A stretch of 59,154 bases of DNA from Eubacteriales bacterium (GTDB taxonomy: Bacteria; Bacillota; Clostridia; Oscillospirales; SIG627): contig JAZNNH010000002.1 in the NCBI GenBank assembly GCA_045580105.1, forward strand, positions 1-59,154. The letters run 5' to 3'. The translations under genes and the position numbers were made by a program. Below, piece by piece: positions 55,477 through 59,154 of this stretch; positions within the stretch are counted from its first letter, which is position 1, and every line of letters begins with the position of its first letter. The notes under the pieces are model-generated. The model made no database searches. It was not told the origin of the DNA and saw nothing but the letters and a program-made list of their open reading frames with translations.

Positions 55477-55608
55477 TTATCGAATTTGAATGACGTCGGC
55501 AAGTTGGTAAACGATCCAAATCACAAGAGTAGATAAAATAGCTGCCAGCACCAATCCGATAAATAATCCGAAAAAGAATTTTTTGATGTAAGTCAAACCG
55601 TTTCCCAT
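55477..55608 (-). CDS. Candidate 43-aa single-TM small membrane protein (unannotated, low confidence)
   Basis: Manual translation: MGNGLTYIKKFFFGLFIGLVLAAILSTLVIWIVYQLADVIQIR. It sits between the DUF4830 gene and the terminator. The SD (GAAGG) is directly adjacent to the ATG, so spacing is poor; a TTG at codon 5 is an alternative start. Confidence 0.3.
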   Translation of the reverse strand: MGNGLTYIKKFFFGLFIGLVLAAILSTLVIWIVYQLADVIQIR

Positions 55609-55655
55609 CCTTCTTTTTGTCTTATTTTAAACGAAAAAGAAAATCTTTATGCGGA

Positions 55656-56144
55656 TTAAATCGTTTTGCTGAGCCCTTGTAAAAAGCCGTCTTTTTTCGC
55701 GGAACAAAGGTCGGCTGCGATGACCGTGTTTTTGTAAATGAGAAGATTGGCATAAACAGAACCGTGGTATTCGAAATTGTTTACAAGATAGGTGTACTTT
55801 TTGACCGGCTTTCCCTTGAATTTTTCCAAATTCATTCCTTCTTCGATTTGGATTTGGTTGTATTCTTGATAAACGGAGTCAAATTCACCGGGGATTACGA
55901 TTTCTTGAATTTCCTTGGGCTCGGGATCGACTTCCCAACCGTAACGGTTTAAAAACTCAATCCTCTCTTCGTTGGTGGAAATGTTTTTGAAATCTGCCTC
56001 GCTCAGTTCCTTGGCTACGGGAACGGCACTGTCTTTTTGTGTATTGATCGGAATGAAAAGTACCACGCCGACGATGACGGCAACCGATGCCAGAATGGAA
56101 CAAATTAACTTTAAATTTTGTGCTTTAACGGAATAAATAAACAT
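55656..56144 (-). CDS. DUF4830 domain membrane-anchored protein
   Basis: N-terminal TM, then ...NEERIEFLNRYGWEVDPEPKEIQEIVIPGEFDSVYQEYNQIQ..., typical of DUF4830. SD AGGAGG. Confidence 0.65.
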   Translation of the reverse strand: MFIYSVKAQNLKLICSILASVAVIVGVVLFIPINTQKDSAVPVAKELSEADFKNISTNEERIEFLNRYGWEVDPEPKEIQEIVIPGEFDSVYQEYNQIQIEEGMNLEKFKGKPVKKYTYLVNNFEYHGSVYANLLIYKNTVIAADLCSAKKDGFLQGLSKTI

Positions 56145-56198
56145 ACCCTGCCTCCTGACGTTGTTTCTATAATTTATGTCAGGGCAGGGTATTTTAGA

Positions 56199-58085
56199 CT
56201 AACCATCTTCTTCCAAAAGGGTCCATTCTTCCAAAAGAGTATCACAGGTCTTTTGCAAGCCCTCGCGCTCGGTGTAAAGAGCTTGCAGCTTTACGTAATC
56301 GGAAGTGTATTGTAAAACCTCTTCATCAATTCTTCGGATTTCATCCTCTGCTTGGCTGATCTCCGTTTCGATTTTGCGAATTCGGGCCTGTTTTTTGCGC
56401 TCATCCTGTTTTTTCTTCTTTTGATTGACCCATACATTCTCTGCCGGTTTCTCTTGCGTCGTTTTTTTCGCCACTTCTTCGGAAAGGTTTGTTTTCTCGA
56501 AGTTTTGGAAGGAAGCAAAATTACCGTTGTAGGAGAACACAGCGCCGTTTCCTTGGAATTTTAAAATTCTGGTTGCGATCTTTTGAATAAAGTATCGATC
56601 GTGAGATACGGCAATCACGGTTCCTTCAAAGGAAAGAATGGCGTTTTCGAGCGCCTCTCTGGATTCGATGTCAAGATGGTTGGTCGGCTCGTCCAAAAGC
56701 AAAACGTTGATCTTTTTCTGCATCAGCTTTGCCAGCACCAGTCGTGCACGCTCGCCGCCGGAAAGCACTCGAATCTCTTTGAACACGTCGTCTCCCTTAA
56801 AAAGGAAGGTTGCCAAAAGATTTCGGATCTGAGTGTGGTTGAGCGTGCTTTCGTTCCAAATCTCTTCCAAAACGGTATTGTTTTCATTGAGATGTTGATA
56901 CTGATCGTAATAGCCGAGACGAACGTTGTAACCGAAATGAAAAGAGCCGCTGTCAGGGAAGAGATTGCCCGCCAAAATCTGCAGAAGCGTTGATTTTCCC
57001 GAGCCGTTTGCCCCGATGATGACAAGGCGATCCTTTTTCTTCACTTCCAGATCAAGATCGGTGAAAAGAACCTTACTGTCATAGCTCTTGGAAAGCTTTT
57101 TGATGCTGAGCACGTCATTACCCGATTCCAAAGTGGAAGAAAATTGGAAAGCGAGACTTTCCGGCAGGGCTTCCACTTTTTCTACCTTTACCATACGATC
57201 CAGCGCCTTTTGACGGGATTCGGCTGCAATGATGTTCTTTTCGCGATTCCACCGTTTTTGCTGGGCGATAAATGCCTCGATGCGCGCAATTTCTTTTTGT
57301 TGGTTTTTGTATTGCCGCTCCTGTATTTCGCGTTCCCGTTCTTTTTCGATTCGATACTGGGAATAGGGGACGGAATAGAGCTTTGCGTGGGTGTTTTCGA
57401 TTTCAAGGGTTTTGGTGGTTACGTGATCTAAAAACAGACGGTCGTGCGAGATCAGAAGAACCATGCTTCGGATCTTTTTGAGCTTTTCCTCCAGCCACTC
57501 CAAGCTTTTAATATCCAGATGGTTGGTCGGCTCGTCTAACAGGAGAATATCGGGCTCTTCCAAAAGAAGCAGAGAAAGCTGAAGAATGGTGCGCTGTCCA
57601 CCGGAAAGAGCGGAAATCTTAAATTGGAGCATTTCTTCCGAAAAGCCCATACTGATCAGAGTGCCTTTTGCACGGCTCTTATATTCATAACCGCCGTCGC
57701 GCTCAAACTTTTGTTGCAATCGGGTGTAGCGAGCAATCAGTTCATCGCTGTGGTTTTGATTGAGCTGCTCGGAAAGCTCTTCCAAGTGCTTTTCATCCGC
57801 CGAAAGCGCAGAAAAAACAGAAAGCGCCGCTTCATAAACGCTCATTTCGGGATCTAAACTGCTTTGCTGCTCCAAGTGTCCGATCGTTTTTCCCTTTGCA
57901 ATGAAAATATTGCCGGTGTAGGGAATATCACGCCGATACAGCAGTCGCATCAAGGTGCTTTTTCCTGCACCGTTGACCCCTACTATGCTAAGCTTTTCGC
58001 CTTGGTTTACAGAAAAAGAAACGTCGCGCAGAAGATCTTTTTCCCCAAAGGAAAGGTTTAAATGGTCCGTTCCGATGATCAACAT
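56199..58085 (-). CDS. ABC-F family ATPase (translation-factor type, YdiF/Uup-like) with C-terminal coiled coil
   Basis: Two NBDs (GVNGAGKST/LSGGQRT; GANGSGKST/LSGGERA), an interdomain linker of about 80 aa, no TM segments, and a Lys/Glu-rich C-terminal extension. Confidence 0.85.
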   Translation of the reverse strand: MLIIGTDHLNLSFGEKDLLRDVSFSVNQGEKLSIVGVNGAGKSTLMRLLYRRDIPYTGNIFIAKGKTIGHLEQQSSLDPEMSVYEAALSVFSALSADEKHLEELSEQLNQNHSDELIARYTRLQQKFERDGGYEYKSRAKGTLISMGFSEEMLQFKISALSGGQRTILQLSLLLLEEPDILLLDEPTNHLDIKSLEWLEEKLKKIRSMVLLISHDRLFLDHVTTKTLEIENTHAKLYSVPYSQYRIEKEREREIQERQYKNQQKEIARIEAFIAQQKRWNREKNIIAAESRQKALDRMVKVEKVEALPESLAFQFSSTLESGNDVLSIKKLSKSYDSKVLFTDLDLEVKKKDRLVIIGANGSGKSTLLQILAGNLFPDSGSFHFGYNVRLGYYDQYQHLNENNTVLEEIWNESTLNHTQIRNLLATFLFKGDDVFKEIRVLSGGERARLVLAKLMQKKINVLLLDEPTNHLDIESREALENAILSFEGTVIAVSHDRYFIQKIATRILKFQGNGAVFSYNGNFASFQNFEKTNLSEEVAKKTTQEKPAENVWVNQKKKKQDERKKQARIRKIETEISQAEDEIRRIDEEVLQYTSDYVKLQALYTEREGLQKTCDTLLEEWTLLEEDG

Positions 58086-58086
58086 A

Positions 58087-58785
58087 TCACTTGATTAAAT
58101 CCTTTATAATTTCTCCAGCCAGTATCATTCCCGCCACACCGGGAACAAAGCTCACGCTTCCCGGCACCGTTTTCTCACCAAGCTTGGGATTGGCCGGCTT
58201 TTGCGGTGTTTCTTCCGAATATACAACCTTTAAGGAATCAATTCCTCTTTTTTTGCATTCCATCCTCATTTTCCTTGCCAGAGGGCAAACCTTTGTTTGG
58301 TATAGGTCACAGACGCGAAAGACGGTCGGATCGAGTTTATTTCCCGTTCCCATACAGGAAATGATGGGGATTTGAAGCTCGTTTGCCCGCTCGATTAAAT
58401 GAAGCTTGGAGGGAACACTGTCAATGGCATCTAAAATATAATCCACTCCGTCAAACAGATTCTCCGGCTCGGTTTGGGCACTGTAAAAGAGGTCAAGTGT
58501 TTTGACGCTGCATTCGGGTGCAATTTCAAACAGGCGTTTTTTTGCGACATCGGTTTTTCTCTGACCCAAGGTTTCTCTCGTGGCAAAGATCTGTCGGTTG
58601 CAGTTTGACAGATCAAAGGATTCACAATCTATCAAAGTCAGCTTTCCGATCCCACCGCGGCAAAGGGCTTCGACCGCGTGACCGCCGACTCCGCCCAAGC
58701 CGAAGACCAAAACGTGTTTTCGGCTTAAGAGTTCAAGTTTATCTTCGCCCAGCAGCATGGCCGTTCGATCGTGCATCAGATTCAT
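58087..58785 (-). CDS. tcdA: tRNA threonylcarbamoyladenosine dehydratase (ThiF/MoeB-like, TcdA/CsdL)
   Basis: RTAMLLGEDKLELLSRKHVLVFGLGGVGGHAVEALCRGGIGKLTLID.D....SNCNRQ. Its stop lies 1 nt before the ABC-F start. Confidence 0.85.
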   Translation of the reverse strand: MNLMHDRTAMLLGEDKLELLSRKHVLVFGLGGVGGHAVEALCRGGIGKLTLIDCESFDLSNCNRQIFATRETLGQRKTDVAKKRLFEIAPECSVKTLDLFYSAQTEPENLFDGVDYILDAIDSVPSKLHLIERANELQIPIISCMGTGNKLDPTVFRVCDLYQTKVCPLARKMRMECKKRGIDSLKVVYSEETPQKPANPKLGEKTVPGSVSFVPGVAGMILAGEIIKDLIK

Positions 58786-58884
58786 ACGCTAACCTACAAT
58801 TCGTAAAAATTCTGAAATTATTATACAGCAAATGAGAAAAAGTATCAAGTAAAACAAAATGATTTTAAAAATGCTTTGGAACGA

Positions 58885-58913
58885 TTGACACGAAGGGTTT
58901 GCGTTGTTATAAT
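58885..58913 (+). promoter_or_regulatory. Consensus sigma-70 promoter for gdhA
   Basis: TTGACA (58885-58890), 17-nt spacer, TATAAT (58908-58913). Confidence 0.6.
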
Positions 58914-58951
58914 AAAAAATGTAATTTTAATATAAAAAGCGAGGGATCACT

Positions 58952-59154
58952 ATGAACCAGTACGTCGAAAGGATCATTGCCGAAACCAAGGCAAAAAATC
59001 CTTATGAACCCGAATTTTGTCAGACGGTTGAGGAAGTTCTCAGCTCGCTTGATAAAGTCATCGAATTGCATCCTGAATATCAAAAACTCGCCCTCTTGGA
59101 ACGCTTGGTTGAGCCCGAAAAGGTGATTTCCTTCCGTGTTCCGTGGGTCGATGA
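58952..59154 (+). CDS. gdhA: NADP-specific glutamate dehydrogenase, N-terminal fragment (continues beyond the window)
   Basis: Manual translation: MNQYVERIIAETKAKNPYEPEFCQTVEEVLSSLDKVIELHPEYQKLALLERLVEPEKVISFRVPWVDD, the conserved GdhA N-terminus. Not in the ORF track because it is open at the window edge. Confidence 0.85.
   Translation, partial: MNQYVERIIAETKAKNPYEPEFCQTVEEVLSSLDKVIELHPEYQKLALLERLVEPEKVISFRVPWVD

Noticed and set aside
56199-58085. ABC-F protein as an antibiotic-resistance (ARE) ribosomal protection factor
   Set aside because: Its length (628 aa), moderate linker, long coiled-coil C-terminal extension and housekeeping context (after tcdA) fit the YdiF/Uup-type translation factors better than Vga/Msr/Lsa/OptrA-type ARE proteins. 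This cannot be settled without phylogeny.
1-59154. CRISPR arrays, IS/transposase genes, toxin-antitoxin pairs, restriction-modification or other defence modules
   Set aside because: I saw no regularly spaced direct repeats. No ORF carries transposase, integrase, nuclease-toxin or defence hallmarks. All methyltransferases present have RNA-modification signatures and lack partner nucleases.

Overview
This 59-kb window looks like a chromosomal segment of a spore-forming Clostridia-class Firmicute, roughly 48-50% GC by eye. It is gene-dense and mostly housekeeping. All calls come from reading the six-frame translations and the raw DNA; no database search was possible, so family names rest on recalled motifs.

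Gene content, left to right:
- Left edge (minus strand): a truncated Ntn glutamine amidotransferase, fba, and an MFS transporter plus glycerophosphodiesterase pair.
- 4.3-33.9 kb, one 30-kb co-directional plus-strand block:
  - ruvCAB, a SAM methyltransferase, ecfA1-ecfA2-ecfT-truA.
  - An envelope trio: membrane-anchored unknown, cvpA, pgsA.
  - A zinc-ribbon ClpC-like unfoldase overlapping the start of a degenerate P-type ATPase.
  - DUF1858, trmK, nif3, two lipoproteins, argS, yebC, a TrmH-family methyltransferase, an M50 protease.
  - scpAB, ytfIJ, a D,D-carboxypeptidase, rluB, a His-tailed unknown, tmRNA (ssrA) and aspA.
- 33.9-45.3 kb, a mixed-strand, more accessory stretch:
  - An Orn/Lys/Arg-type decarboxylase and a SCIFF ranthipeptide locus. 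Its 49-aa precursor gene is too short for the ORF track and was found by hand.
  - MarR, ytqB/mnmM, a permuted NlpC/P60-like protein, TauE, tRNA-Leu(UAG), an FAD protein, GT2, an ECF S-component, ddh and coaW.
- 45.3-52.5 kb: the classical origin-proximal cluster rpmH-rnpA-yidD-yidC-jag-mnmE-mnmG-rsmG, but with no dnaA, oriC or parAB next to it.
- Right end: a promoter, structured leader and terminator (candidate yybP-ykoY/Mn riboswitch) ahead of an intact Ca/Mn-type P-type ATPase. Then, on the minus strand, tcdA, an ABC-F protein, DUF4830 and a small membrane ORF. The window ends in the 5' end of gdhA.

No CRISPR arrays, IS elements, integrases or obvious defence islands were seen.

Most interesting observations:
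- A ClpX-type zinc ribbon fused to a ClpC-like double AAA+ body, translationally coupled to a P-type ATPase paralog in which every catalytic and ion-site motif is destroyed.
- The hidden SCIFF precursor, with a consensus promoter and an internal terminator, and a decarboxylase coupled to its maturase.
- The riboswitch-like leader ahead of the intact ATPase.
- tmRNA starting 3 nt after a CDS stop codon.
- A frame anomaly at the trmK start.
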